A DNA stretch of 37,057 nt, taken from Atractiella rhizophila (taxonomy: Eukaryota). Shown here one piece after another: positions 15,069-28,397 of the stretch; within the stretch, counting starts at the first letter, position 1; every line of letters begins with the position of its first letter. Both the position numbers and the translations under genes were made by a program. The notes under the pieces are model-generated. The model was not told where the DNA came from. It searched no databases and saw nothing but the letters and a program-made list of their open reading frames with translations. The stretch covers positions 1 to 37,057 of the forward strand of contig MU271232.1 in the NCBI GenBank assembly GCA_021432655.1, written 5' to 3'.

Positions 15069-18000
15069 ATGGCGCCTTCCGAAGATTCCACGCTCTACGA
15101 ACTCGAGCTGCTCTCCCTCGTCCAGTCCATCAACCGCCAGCTGACCAACCATCTCAACCTCAACGACAGCGCCGTATCCGAGTTTCTCATCAACATCCAC
15201 GAGTCCTCCGCCTCATTCGACGACTTCAAGAACAAGCTGAAGGAAAATGGAGCCGAGTTTCCGGAGAGCTTGGTCGAGGGAGTGGACAGGTTGATCGTGG
15301 AGATGCATCCTTTGTACAAGAAGCGCAGGGCGGCTGAAGCGCAGAAGAGCAAGGAAAGGATTAGTGGGACTGGGGCTGAAGAAGATGGTGGGGACGGAAC
15401 GGACAAGAAGAAGACGAGCGAATTCTCGGCGCTCGTTCAGAAGGATACGAATTGGACTCCCTCTTTTATTCCTGACGATGCGAAGCATATTGCAGAGTCT
15501 AAGGCTCAGAAGTTCGTCGATGATTTGATGCAGGAGTTTGAGTCCATTGGTCAGCAGGCCCAGGCTTCGAAGGCTGGCGGTGGCGCAGAGAAGAGGAGGA
15601 GGAGTCGAAGTCCTGAACCGAATGCGAAGAGGAGGAGGTCGAGGTCGCCGGATTACAGTAATGGAAGAGGGAGGAGGGATGAGGATCGTGGGAGAGGGAG
15701 AGGGAGAGACAGAGATAGAGAGATGGATGAACAACCAGTGCTTTATAAGATCTACAATGGCAGGGTGACTGGTATGAAAGACTTTGGGGCTTTTGTGTCA
15801 TTAGAAGGTATTCGAGGTAGAGCCGAAGGTATGTCTTTCCTCTCTGTTTGTTGCGTGGGTGTGAAGAAGCAAAAGCTGAGTTCGTGTGTGTAGGAATGGT
15901 CCACATCTCCTCCATAATCCCCTCACGCGTCAACCACCCGTCCGACATCCTCTCCCGGAACCAAGAAGTAAAAGTAAAAGTGATGTCTATCGCAGGCAAC
16001 CGTATCGGTTTATCCATGAAAGACGTGGATCAACGAACCGGAGCGGATCTCACACCCAATCTACGAATCAAGAGCGAGAAGGAGATCGAAGACGAGCAAC
16101 GACGGCTCTACAGCACCGGATCTAATGGCGTACCGCTCGGTGGGGCTAGGGGAGGGGGTGGAGACGGGAGGGGAGTCTCCTTCGCTGATGATGACAGGAG
16201 GAGTTCAGCTAGACGCTTGACGAGTCCGGAGAGGTGGGAGATCAAACAGCTTATTGCTAGTGGAGCGGCTAAAGCGTCGGATTATCCGGAGTTGGATGAC
16301 GATCGTGATTATATGATGGCTGCTCCTAGCGGAAGGAGAGGAGGAGGAGGAGGCGGTGGTGGAGCAGATGAGTATTATGGAGCGGAGGAAGAGCTGGATA
16401 TCGAGGTCAAGGAGGAAGAAGCGCCTTTCTTACGCGGACAGACGAAGAGAGCGCTGGAGATGTCACCCGTCAAAATCATCAAGGCGCCGGATGGCACGCT
16501 CAACCGAGCCGCTCTCTCCGGGACGTCACTCGCGAAAGAAAGGCGGGAGATGCGCGCTCAAGAAGCCCAAGACCGTGCGGATTCGGAGGCGAGGGACCTC
16601 TCCTCCCCTTGGCTCGACCCGGCGGCTAAAGCGGAGGATAAGGTGTTTGCGCAGGATTTTAGGAGTGGAGCGTTGCATGGGAAGAAGGAGGAGGGGATGA
16701 GCGCTTGGAAAAATGCCACTTTCAATAAGGCGACCACGTACGGAAGGATCACTAGTCTGTCGATACAGGAACAGAGACAGAGTCTTCCCATCTATGCGTT
16801 TAGGGAACAGATCATACAGGCCGTGAAGGATCATCAGGTCCTCGTTGTTGTCGGAGACACGGGGAGTGGGAAGACGACACAGATGACGCAGTATTTGGCT
16901 GAAGCTGGATTCGGCGACTCAGGGACGATTGGGTGTACTCAGCCCCGACGAGTGGCTGCTATGAGCGTCGCGAAGAGGGTAGCTGAGGAGGTCGGATGCA
17001 GGTTGGGCCAAGAGGTGGGATATACTATTCGGTTCGACGACTGTACGAGTCCAGAGACGAAAATCAAGTATATGACGGACGGGATGTTGCAGATGGAGGC
17101 TTTGTTCGATCCGGATCTGACAAAGTATTCTGTGCTTATGCTTGATGAGGCCCATGAGAGGACCATATTCACGGATGTCATGTTTGGACTGTTGAAGAGT
17201 CCGTCTGCGCTCTCTCTTCGTCTTCTGTGAATTACTGGTGCTGATGGGATTTTGATAGAAACGCTGAAAAGGCGACCGGACTTGAAACTCATCGTTACCT
17301 CCGCCACTTTGGACGCTGCAAAGTTCTCCGAGTACTTTTACGCCTGTCCCATCTTCACCATTCCCGGTCGTACATTCCCAGTAGAGATTTTGTACACGAA
17401 AGAGCCAGAATCGGATTACCTCGACGCTGCCCTAATTACCGTCATGCAGATCCATCTCTCCGAACCCGAAGGAGACATCCTCCTCTTTCTCACAGGCAAA
17501 GAAGAAATCGATACCGCCTGCGAGATCCTCTACGAACGAATGAAGAGCCTGGGAAATTCAGTCCCCGAACTGCTAATCCTTCCCGTCTATTCTGCTCTGC
17601 CCAGTGAAACCCAGAGCAAGATCTTCGAGCCTGCTCCTCCCGGCGCTAGGAAGGTGGTCATCGCTACCAATATCGCAGAGACTAGCATCACCATCGACGG
17701 TATCTTCTACGTCGTCGATCCTGGCTTTGTGAAACAGAAGGCGTATGATCCAAGACTCGGGATGGACTCCCTTGTCGTCACTCCCATCTCGCAAGCTCAA
17801 GCTCGCCAACGCTCAGGTCGTGCTGGACGTACAGGTCCAGGGAAGTGTTATCGATTGTACACCGAGGCCGCATACAGGAACGAGATGCTCCCCAATCCCA
17901 TCCCCGATATTCTCAGAACCAACCTTTCGGCCACTATCCTCACGCTTAAAGCGATGGGCATTAACGACCTCATGAACTTTGGCTTCATGGATCCTCCTCC

Positions 18001-18994
18001 ACAGCAAACGTTGATCACTGCCCTCGAAGATCTTTACGCTCTCGGCGCATTGGACGATGAAGGATTGTTGACGCGCTTAGGGAGAAAAATGGCTGATTGG
18101 CCACTTGACCCCGCACTGGCGAAGATGATGATCTGCTCTGTGGACCTGGGTTGCTCAGAAGAAATCTTAACGATCGTGGCGATGATTTCGACACAAGGAG
18201 AAATCTTCTATCGCCCTAAAGATAAGCAAGCGCAGGCGGATGCGAAGAAAGCCAAGTTCCATCAACCTGAAGGGGACCATCTCACACTCCTTGCTGTGTA
18301 TAACGCTTGGAAGGCGAGCAAGTTTAGCAATCCGTGGTGTCATGAGAACTATATTCAGGCCAGGAGTATGAAGAGTGCGAGGGATGTCAGGAAGCAACTG
18401 TTGGGGATCATGGATCGGTATGTTCTCATGGATAATTAGATGTTGCAGTTGCTGATGTGGTTGCAGATACAAGCATGAAATCGTCTCCTGCGGCAAGAAC
18501 TACAATCGCGTCAGACGAGCACTTTGCAGTGGTTACTTCCGACATGCAGCTAAGAAAGAGTATGTCCTCATCCTCCTTTCTGTCCCGCAAAGTCCTGACC
18601 ATCATCTAGTCCTCAAGAAGGTTATAAGACACTTACAGAAGGCACTCCCGTCTTCCTTCATCCCTCCTCAGCACTGTTCAACCGTGCGCCGGAATGGTTG
18701 ATCTACCACGAACTCGTCCTCACAACTCGAGAATACATGCGTGCGGTCACCGCCATTGAGCCTCAATGGCTTGCCGAGTGTGCTCCCCGGTTCTTCAAGG
18801 TTGCAGACAGTTCCAAACTCTCGAAGAGGAAGAAACAAGAAAAGTACGTTCCCTCCGTCATCTAGCCCAAAACTAGTTCGGCTTACAGTGGTTGTAGGAT
18901 TGCGCCGTTGTGGGATCGGTTTGCGAAATCTCAGGACGATTGGAGATTGTCGAAACTCAAAAGGTCTACCAGGACCAGTCAGACTTTTGGCTAG
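15069..18994 (+). CDS. PRP22: Pre-mRNA splicing DEAH-box helicase Prp22/DHX8
   Basis: S1 domain ([13 protein letters not shown]), [49 protein letters not shown], and C-terminal [13 protein letters not shown]...TSQTFG*. Confidence 0.97.
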
Positions 18995-19230
18995 TGTTGT
19001 TGTCGTTTATACCTGGATCTTACAATATCATGCTTCTTATTTGCTACGCCAGTCCCTGTCCTCCTCAACAGCCTGTCCATACCTTTCCCAACTTTTTCAT
19101 CGAGCCATCGATGCGTCGTTTTACTCGAAATCCTCTCGCTCTTGGAACAATGCGACAAAACGCGTGTTAAAAAGCACGTCGATTATTTGTATTATCTAGG
19201 GGCAGACTATTCCACTTGGTCTTTTTGTTC

Positions 19231-19551
19231 AGTCCATCTTCTTCACACATCAAAAGGCGTCAGCAAGAAGAGTCCGTCAAAATGATGGCTCCAGAAGAAA
19301 GTCGAAGTACATCCAACCAACTGGAATGGAATGGTGTATGTATGTAGTTGTAGTTAGAGTCCATTGAGCGTCCTTGACGAAGAAAGCGTCCTTGAACTAC
19401 GACTACCACTTTAACGGAATGAGTTTGAAAGAACAGAAGTCAGCGTCCTTGACTTTGAAAGCGTAGCGTCCCTTTGGTAGGCGATGTTTTACATCAAGAG
19501 AGTCCATGAAAGTCCATGAAGCTTTTTGCGAACAAGCAAACAGAAATGTCC
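19231..19551. repeat. Cluster of GTCC-core motifs (AGCGTCCTTGA x3; AGTCCATGAA tandem x2)
   Basis: AGCGTCCTTGA at 19367, 19385, 19442; AGCGTCCCT at 19465; AGTCC at 19231, 19271, 19358, 19501, 19511; GTCC at 19548. Confidence 0.75.
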
Positions 19552-19751
19552 TTCAAGCCCATCTTTGATGTTTTGGAAACTGTCAAGAAGAATCGAATCA
19601 AGAATCAGAAGGAAAGCAGCAGAAAACAACGATGTGTGATGGAGAATGAAGGGGTGTTCACGGCTTAGAACGAAGTAGGAGTAGGCATACTAACTTGAAA
19701 ACGTTGTTAACTGAAACTTGAAGTTGCGGATGAAAATGCGAAACCAACTTC

Positions 19752-20731
19752 CTACATCGAGTGAGTGTAATATTTGGACAACAATTCTAGATCTTCATTA
19801 GACAAGTTGCCACTTGAAGTTTGAGAAGCGATCCAACTCCAATCTATCGCCTGTGGCTGATGTTGTTGGAGTTGTTGGAGCAGCTGCTGCTGAAGGGCGG
19901 GATCGTGGAAATTGATCGAAGGAGTATTAGAACTAAAAGTCGAGACTGGAAGCGCCTCGCCTGGTCCTGCCGGTCTCTGAAAATGTGAAGGAACGTCTGG
20001 CATCGGTTGACCTCCGAATCCACCGACGCCAACATGTTGGCTGGAGAGAAATTGTCCGGAAGCGTTCGGATATGGGTAAACTAGCGACTCGTTGTTGCTG
20101 CCATGTTGGCCGAGCAGGTTCGCGGCATCCCACGGTGATGTGGGAGAGGCGGACGAAGGAGAGGATTGCTGAGACATGCTTGTTGATCCGTGGAAGGGGG
20201 ACTGGCGTGTTGGATCGGCGGAAGCGACGGCCATAGCGTTCGAAACGATGTTCTCCAAAAATGCTATACTCATCGCCACGTCAGCCCTATTCCAATCATG
20301 GTGCGAACAGAGACTTACCCAATCGTTGCGACAATTCCTCGATGCGCTTGTCATCCTCATCGTCCTGCGAAGACCTCCCACTCTTGGCACCCTTCCCCTT
20401 CGCCTTCCCTTTACCTCCTCGAGAACCCGAGGCAGGAGGACTGTTGCTACTCCTTGAGGCCGAATTAGGATTTGGCGGGGTCATGGACGAGGGAGAGGAG
20501 ATCGGGATGTATTCGCAATTGACAGCGTCCGGGGACAAGTTATGGGACTGAGCATGGCGGACGCAGTTGCCACAAACAGGTCTTGTCATCTGCGAAGCAG
20601 TCAGCGGAACGGTGGAGGAGAAGAGATAGGAGGGAACTGACATCGCATCGGATCTTTTTGACTCGGCAATTGACACATGCTAGTTTGGCAGTGATGAGCA
20701 GGTGCGAAGGCACTCTCGAACCCAAGTCCAT
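19752..20731 (-). CDS. Short Zn2Cys6 transcription factor with Ser/Gln-rich tail (start may be 20818), 2 introns
   Basis: ACVNCRVKKIRCD|MTRPVCGNCVRHAQSHNLSPDAVNCEY, followed by a coiled coil (KRIEELSQRL-AFLENIV) and a Q-rich region. Confidence 0.88.
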
Positions 20732-21401
20732 TGTACCGTTGGAAGTAGGGACGGTCGTGGTGTAAGGACTGTTGAGGAGATGAGGCAGGACGGTCGGTTG
20801 AATGGCGACAAGTTGCATCGAAGTCGACGACGTTTGACTCGGAACGAATGTTTAAAGTACTGATATTTTACGGTAGAAACGACAGTCTGCCGACGCTCCT
20901 TGATTAGCGAAAAGGAAAGAGTGTGGAACGAAAAATTTAACACACTAGACTAGAAAGAAAAGCGAAGAGCCTCCACGCCTCGGCTCTGACTCGTGACTTC
21001 GCTTCCTCTTGTGAATGGGAGTTCTTTGAGGGCTCTTGGGCGAGAAAAGAGAAGTAATAAGATATAGAGAGGAAGATGGTCAAAGAACTTTCATGCCCGA
21101 TTTCTGATTCCCACGAGAACGAGAACTTGGAAAGCGTGAGCCTCAGAAGCTTGGGGATGGGATGAGGTGATATATGTATGTCGGCGGTTGGACGAGACTA
21201 GCGTCGTATTCCCTCCAAAACGCCTTTCGAGCACGCTTCTTCAATGTTTGACCAAGTCTGAAGAAAGCGAAAGGCTGTGCGGCCAAAGATCCGAGAAACC
21301 GTACAACTCGTTTTCACTTTCAGCCTGCTCTCGCCGTCAAGGAAATGCCGAACCTGGTTATATTTGTATCCTCTTGTTTATCTCTCCTGTTCTTCTCTGT
21401 T

Positions 21402-24189
21402 TAGAAACCGCTTTTAGAGACCTCCTTCAGAAATTTCTTTCCCTTGAGGCTGGACCTCTGGATGCCGGAGCGCCAAAGGCTCTAATCAGGTCGAACGTTA
21501 AATATCTTGTTCGACAACGCGACAAGCGTATGACCGTCGTCCTCATGGTTTAAACTCGTCTACGACTCGAGGTCGTCGTTCTGTCTCGATTTTCACGTTT
21601 CTACCTATCCAGTTTCGCAAGTTCGTTGCGTCGGTTGGAAGGTTTTACGTCGTCGTTTGGAATAGTTGTAGAACTGGAGGATACAACCTTAAAACGACGC
21701 TGTGCACCGTGGAACTTTTGGGCTGCGGAACCAAAAGTCGGTGTCTTAAATAATGCCTCATAAGTAGCGCTAAGAGGGAAGAATTCATCGATTTCCACAG
21801 GATCGCCTAGGGATAAGAGAAAACATCACCGACCGGCAGCTAAGGCGACACTCCTCGTTGGCGCTACTGTGAGCGTTTTGATCGATAAACGCACAGACCT
21901 TAGATACCCAGGAAGGAAAACACCCGAGACAACGTTCTCGCTTCATGCAGGAGAAAAACTGATAGTTCAGTTCGTGGGACAAACGAAATACAACACGCAC
22001 GGCATGCTTTCCGACCAGGGGGTCTTTAGCCGGATACTTTCGGAAGACTGGAGTAACGGTTGACGAGGAAAGGGAAGGTATAAGCGAGCGACGTGACTAT
22101 GCTTCGACTACGTAGCTTATCATAGGTGCTGTAGTATACGAGGTGGCCCGCTCGGAGGTCTCATGAAAGCGCGCCACCAGAAGGAGTTGTCGTAGGTTAG
22201 TTGAAAGACAACGTATCGGCGAGAAAACATGGAGCGTTCGAAGTTCGTAAGTAGGGTCTTATATACCCTCGAAGACCCTGAGGGTAGCTGGCCAAACAGC
22301 TTATTTAGGCTGTAACGAAGAGTTCAAGGAGCTAGCGGCGAAAAGCTCTCCTTCTTCTGCTTTAGGCTCCACCTACCTCCGAAGGAAAGTTTACGCTGAC
22401 CACTCGTCCTTAAATGGTCCTACGTGCCGCCTGTCTTTCTGAACCTCTGCGGAAGCTGAAAGGAAAGAAAGGGATTCTTGCAAGTTGTTAAGTGTAACTG
22501 CGATCTTCTTAGCGTTTTGTTCATAACCAAGGTCGCTATAGGGAAGTTGAAGGAACCAGTGTAAGATTTTCAGAGGTAAGAAGTTAGCTAACCTGGATAG
22601 AAACCTAAGCGGTCAAATGCTATGTAAAGAAAGGGCTGGTACTAGGAGCCCTTCTCGACGTTTGAGTAGGGACAGTACGAGTACTTGTAGTAGGAGATGG
22701 CTGCGTTTAAGCGTCGGGTATTCATGCGACACCAGCGCTAGCACTGCTCGCCTTATTCACAAAAGTACAACTACCCGCTCGTCGTACCCTGACCTCTCTT
22801 CGCTTTTCCTCACCTTAGCAGCAGTAATAACCCTTAGTAAAACGAGGAGTAGTTAGATTAGTAGCTACCTAGGCAGTTAAGCTGGGTCCTGCTCTAGAAG
22901 TTCGAGAAGGGCTGCTAGTTGCCTTGTGTCTACTACAAGACCTACTTGGAGAAGAGCTGGAAAGAGTGGTGGAGTAGAGAGAAGTAGGGGAAGGGAAGTT
23001 AGGGGTAGGAGAGAGGTGGGAGCTGGAGGTCGAGGAGGTTGGTCAAAACCCAACGCAATCTCAAGTAAGTTTTTATGGGAAGACAGGACGCGCTGGAGGA
23101 GGAAAAGAGGGAGAAGCCGCGCGAGCCTGTTTAGAAGTAGAAGGAGTGGGAGCGTTTGAAGCCGAGGAACTGCGAACACTGGTATTGGCAGGAGGCTTTT
23201 GACAAGTGGTACTAAGAGTCGCAAAAGTATATGGTAGTGCTAGAGAGACGTCCTGTCACCCCACCACAGTGAAACCAAAAGCGACCCTAACGTTATCTCC
23301 GAATACACCGACCACCTTTCTTCCTACCCGTCCCCCTCTCGTACCGTGTAGCACAAAACCTACTCTTCCTCTTCCGCTCCGACTTTCTACGCACTGAACA
23401 AGGTTGAGGAAATGTCGAGTAGATTACTCAGCGGGGAGGCGTGAGGGTAATGTCAAAGGGAAGGGCTAGTTAGTGAATCCTTATGTCATTTACTTACAAC
23501 AACGTGTTGCCCTTGTGATGACCGGATTTACTTACATAAGGGTGAGTGCAGCGGAGAGTGACAGGTTGGCAGGAGTGTTTCTGAAAGCGGTGTTAACGCG
23601 CCTCAAGAAGGGGTTGTTGGCGTTTAGGTTTGGAGGTACCAAGTAAAGCAAGAGCCTCCTTGAGTCGACCATTGAGTTGTTGTGATGTGAAAGCTGTAGG
23701 AAGGTTTGTCATAGTAATAAGTTTAGGTTTTGCACAACCAACTGGACCATTTTAAGAAGCCAGGCAGACGGTCAAGCGCAAATCGTGCTTAGTTTGACTT
23801 AGCTTACTCGTGCTCCTGGTCGCCGTACGTTAAAGGTTCGAGTTCCGGCAAAACAAGGTAGCGTGGGTACAACACCCGATGAGTGCCATGTTCTGTTGTG
23901 ATGAACTCGGCGCAACAAAACCTGAAAGTCTAGCGAAGTAATTCCTGATCCTAACGCAGGTATCGAACGTAGGTAATCAACTAGGATTGGAGGCTCGAAC
24001 TGTGGCATTGTAAGTAGAGCCCAACGAAGCAAGGAGCAAACAGTTCAACAGTATGGATGAGTAGGAGACTTAACCCAGAAACAAGGGTAACTTCCGAAAG
24101 GACATGACATGGAGCTATATGCCTATGAGCAATCTCAGCACTTTATAGGGATCTACAACTCCGATAACTGGCGAACTTCATAGTCCTTT
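21402..24189. repeat. Reversed-not-complemented block B: 21402-24013 is a mirror copy of 24215-26826, plus 176 nt (24014-24189) with no forward counterpart
   Basis: Base x equals base 48228-x at both ends and at the internal segments I checked. One substitution seen (21484 A vs 26744 G). Confidence 0.97.
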
Positions 24190-24214
24190 NNNNNNNNNNN
24201 NNNNNNNNNNNNNN
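24190..24214. other. Assembly gap (25 N) between the mirror arms
   Basis: Run of 25 N. Confidence 1.
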
Positions 24215-24832
24215 AATGTTACGGTGTCAAGCTCGGAGGTTAGGATCAACTAATGGATGCAAGCTATGGACGCAATCCTAGTCCTTAATGAAGCGATCTG
24301 AAAGTCCAAAACAACGCGGCTCAAGTAGTGTTGTCTTGTACCGTGAGTAGCCCACAACATGGGTGCGATGGAACAAAACGGCCTTGAGCTTGGAAATTGC
24401 ATGCCGCTGGTCCTCGTGCTCATTCGATTCAGTTTGATTCGTGCTAAACGCGAACTGGCAGACGGACCGAAGAATTTTACCAGGTCAACCAACACGTTTT
24501 GGATTTGAATAATGATACTGTTTGGAAGGATGTCGAAAGTGTAGTGTTGTTGAGTTACCAGCTGAGTTCCTCCGAGAACGAAATGAACCATGGAGGTTTG
24601 GATTTGCGGTTGTTGGGGAAGAACTCCGCGCAATTGTGGCGAAAGTCTTTGTGAGGACGGTTGGACAGTGAGAGGCGACGTGAGTGGGAATACATTCATT
24701 TAGGCCAGTAGTGTTCCCGTTGTGCAACAACATTCATTTACTGTATTCCTAAGTGATTGATCGGGAAGGGAAACTGTAATGGGAGTGCGGAGGGGCGACT
24801 CATTAGATGAGCTGTAAAGGAGTTGGAACAAG

Positions 24833-26363
24833 TCACGCATCTTTCAGCCTCGCCTTCTCCTTCTCATCCAAAACACGATGTGCCATGCTCTCCCCCTGCC
24901 CATCCTTCTTTCCACCAGCCACATAAGCCTCTATTGCAATCCCAGCGAAAACCAAAGTGACACCACCCCACTGTCCTGCAGAGAGATCGTGATGGTATAT
25001 GAAAACGCTGAGAATCATGGTGAACAGTTTTCGGAGGACGGTTATGGTCACAAGCGTCAAGGAGCCGAAGTTTGCGAGGGTGAGGAAGATGAAGATTTGT
25101 CCGAGCGCGCCGAAGAGGGAGAAAAGGAGGAGGTCGCGCAGGACAGAAGGGTATTTTTGAATGAACTCTAACGCAACCCAAAACTGGTTGGAAGAGCTGG
25201 AGGTCGAGGGTGGAGAGAGGATGGGGATTGAAGGGAAGGGGATGAAGAGAGATGAGGTGGTGAGAAAGGTCGAGAAGAGGTTCATCCAGAACATCATCTG
25301 TGTTCCGTTGATCGTCGGGAAGAGCTTGAAGATCTCGTCCTGGGTCGAATTGACGGATCCATCGATGATTAGATTGATGAGGAGCAAAATGATTCCCAAT
25401 AATGACGACGATTCCACTCCTTTTCGCTTCTCTCCAGTCCCATGCTGCTCGCCCATCAACATGAAAACACTTATTCCGCTCGTCACGATCGCGACCACAG
25501 CGTACTTATGGGCTGCGAATTTGCGTCGGTAGAGGATGATGTTCATGAGCATGACAGGGATGAGTTTGCAGCTCTTCCCGAGGATCATGGTCGGGAAAGA
25601 AATGTATCGTAAACTGGCGAATCCAAAGATAGGTCCAATCGATTGAAGAATGGAGACTTTTAGAATGTGACCAAGGAAGTTGAAGGGATATCGCTGGAAC
25701 CAATACTTGTTTTGCGATTCTTCTAGCGTCAATGTGAATTGTTGAACGTTCTTAGGGAAAGAAAGGAAAGTCGAAGGCGTCTCCAAGTCTTTCTGTCCGC
25801 CGTGCATCCTGGTAAATTCCTGCTCACCAGTCGCATTTGAAAGGAAGCCTCCATCCACCTCGGATTTCGTCTTCTTCCTCTCGAAAAGCGGCGATCGAGG
25901 AACTTGAGAAGCAATGTCGGATTTATTCGACAAACCGGTCGATGGGAGTCCCAGAAGCTCCCATATATTCTGGGATGAATGCTTGAAGCTTGCGAGGTAC
26001 AAAAGAGCGGCTATGCAACAGAAAGTTGATTGGATGCTGTTGAGGAAGACCACCGCGCGAAAGTACTCTGGAGGCTCGCCCGGTGGAGCATATGATGTCG
26101 TGGATACTATTCGATGCATCAGCTTCGTATCAGTGCAGCGAGCGAATATGGAAGGGAAAGGAGCAGTTGGCAATGAGGTCAGAAGGCTTTCATAGGCCGA
26201 TTTCTGGGGGACCAGCCTTTCGTACGGCACGCACAACATAAAGCAAACAGGGTGCTTGACTTGATAGTCAAAAAGAGGACGTACTTCGCTCTTGCAACAG
26301 AGCCCACAAAAGGAAGGACCCATAGATTCCAGACACGCAAATAGCTAGTTTTGCGAGTGTCAT
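24833..26363 (-). CDS. HUT1: UDP-galactose transporter homolog (UAA/SLC35B1 family)
   Basis: Exon 1 MTLAKLAICVSGIYGSFLLWALLQER (26363-26285); intron 26284-26107; then ISFPTMILGKSCKLIPVM, DGSVNSTQDEIF, GALGQIFIFLTL..FGSLTLVTITVLRK. Confidence 0.93.
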
Positions 26364-26826
26364 CGCGGTTGCTCCTCACAGCGGAATCGACGGCCAGCCA
26401 CTACAAAAGAGAATAGGGATCCGCTAGGACACCTTTAGCTACTTAAGAAGGGAGAATCGCGATGAATACTCCGTAATAAATTCTGTGGCTGAAAACCAAG
26501 GCGTCGGGTTTTCAAGGTGCCACGTGTCGCAGCAAAATTCCAACATAGGAGGTCAAGATGTTGATAAGGTTTGCTGCTGCATTTTGGAAGGTTGGCTGCG
26601 TTGCTTGAACGCTTTGACCTATCCATCTTTGCACTTTTAGCTCTGTCTTGCTGCTGGAGCTCAGCATCTGCTCAAATTTGGTACTCCTGCTGCCAGTATG
26701 CGAACAGCGCAACAGCTTGTTCTATAAATTGCAAGCTGGACTAGTCTCGGAAACCGCGAGGCCGTAGGTCTCCAGGTCGGAGTTCCCTTTCTTTAAAGAC
26801 TTCCTCCAGAGATTTTCGCCAAAGAT

Positions 26827-28397
26827 ATGCCCGTCGGAGGAAGGCGAAAAGTTTTGCTGTTTTTCCTTGCATTGGGAGGATTTTGGGTCTACTTCCGGTG
26901 GCCTTCTTCGTTCAATTCATCGTTCTTTCGGACTAATTCATCCGCGTCACCCGAAAGCGACGATGAACAAACGAACGGGGATCCCAGGAGACCATTTCAG
27001 CCTTTCCCTCTTCATCGACCCCTTCGGAGCGGTGAAAAATACCTTTCTTACTTGCCCCACTCCCAATTCCATAATCAACGAACGATACTCCAAAACGCTC
27101 TCTCCTTAGCATTATACCTGAATCGAACCCTGCTCCTTCCTCCTATATGGGTAGGAGAAGGAGGTCCACCTCGTTCGGGATACGATGTCCTGCGAAAGGC
27201 TTGGGAGGATCGAATACAAGGGGATGTTTTGTTTCAACAGGGTAACTCGAAGATGGAGAAAGCAAAGAGAACGGGGAGCACCTTCATCGCTTTTGACGAG
27301 GTTTTTGATCTGAAAGCGCTTGAAGAGGAGACTGGAGTCAAGCTCGCTAACCGGTGGTGGGGCGATGGCACTGGGGAACGAGCTGGCATGACGGAAGAGG
27401 GAGCCAGGTTGGACGCTGGGGGTATTGGGGAGGACGACGTTGTATGGCGCTTATCTGACTGATGCTTGTTATTGATTTCACTCTTCCGTAGTATTATGTG
27501 AAGGAGAGTTCGAAAGACGAGCTCCAGTTCACAACCCATCTCCCATCCACCGACCTCACTGTCCCTTTTCCTCCGTGGCAGCGCACCGGCGTCAATAAAT
27601 ACCAGACGTCTTTCTCCTTGCAAGCCTTGCGAAAGCGCCCGGAATCTCTTATCCTCTTCGGCTCGCTCTTTGGCAGTGGACGCCTCAACCTCTCCGACTC
27701 GGATGGGGTTTTTAAGCCCAGCTGGTTCGAGAAGCGGCTGATTCTGCGGAACAACGCTGTGTCCCACATCTCCCAACTCATCGCTTCAGCCTTAGAGGAG
27801 GTATCTCGCCAACAAGGATACTATGCTGTTCTGGCGAGAGTGGGAGATGGAATATTTGCGAAGAAGACGGAAGAATACATGGATAACCTTTTCACTCGAA
27901 TCGTGACCTTAATCTTGGTGGAGGAAGGAAGGGAAAGCGCGGCAGAAGAAGTGCTCCTTCGTTTGCGGAAGCTGACAGAGGAACCGAAGCGACTGTCTAA
28001 GCAGCTTCAGGTAGTTAACAGAGACGAAAGTGGTGGAATTCGTCACTGTAACTACCCTCTCCATACAGATCCAGCGCTTCATGTCTTCAACGCACCTCTC
28101 TACATGGCAACAGATTCCCGATCGCCAAAAACCGATCCAAACCTCTTCAAATTCTTTCGAGCTTTCCCATGCACGTTTACATTGGGAGATTGGGATGGAA
28201 TGAATGTTGGGATAGCTGAATTGGCTGCTTGGAAAAACGTTGATGGAGAAAAATTGGGTGGTTTCTTCATCCCCATGTTAGATTCGATGGTAGCTGCGAG
28301 GGGGAAAATTGCAATTGGAACGCAGGGAAGCAGCTATGGTGATTATGTCGAAAAAGTATTACATCCTGCTGTTGGTGCAAAGCATCCTCTAACTTGA
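26827..28397 (+). CDS. Type II membrane O-fucosyltransferase-like (GT-B fold) glycosyltransferase, 1 intron (27442-27491)
   Basis: N-terminal TM anchor; EKYLSYLPHSQFHNQR...NAL..A.YLNRTLLLPP; FGSLFGSGRL; RVGDG; LYMATD; FPCTFTL; GTQGSSYG. Confidence 0.75.

Noticed and set aside
21402..24189. TAG/TAA-rich, ORF-poor stretch resembling a RIP-mutated transposon; listed ORFs such as 22877-23224
   Set aside because: Fully explained as a reversed copy of the HUT1 locus, so the ORFs are spurious.
21345..24189. Signal-peptide-like ORF (MPNLVIFVSSCLSLLFFSV...) continuing into the corrected 176-nt fill
   Set aside because: In-frame stop shortly after the junction, and the frame depends on an uncertain T-run.
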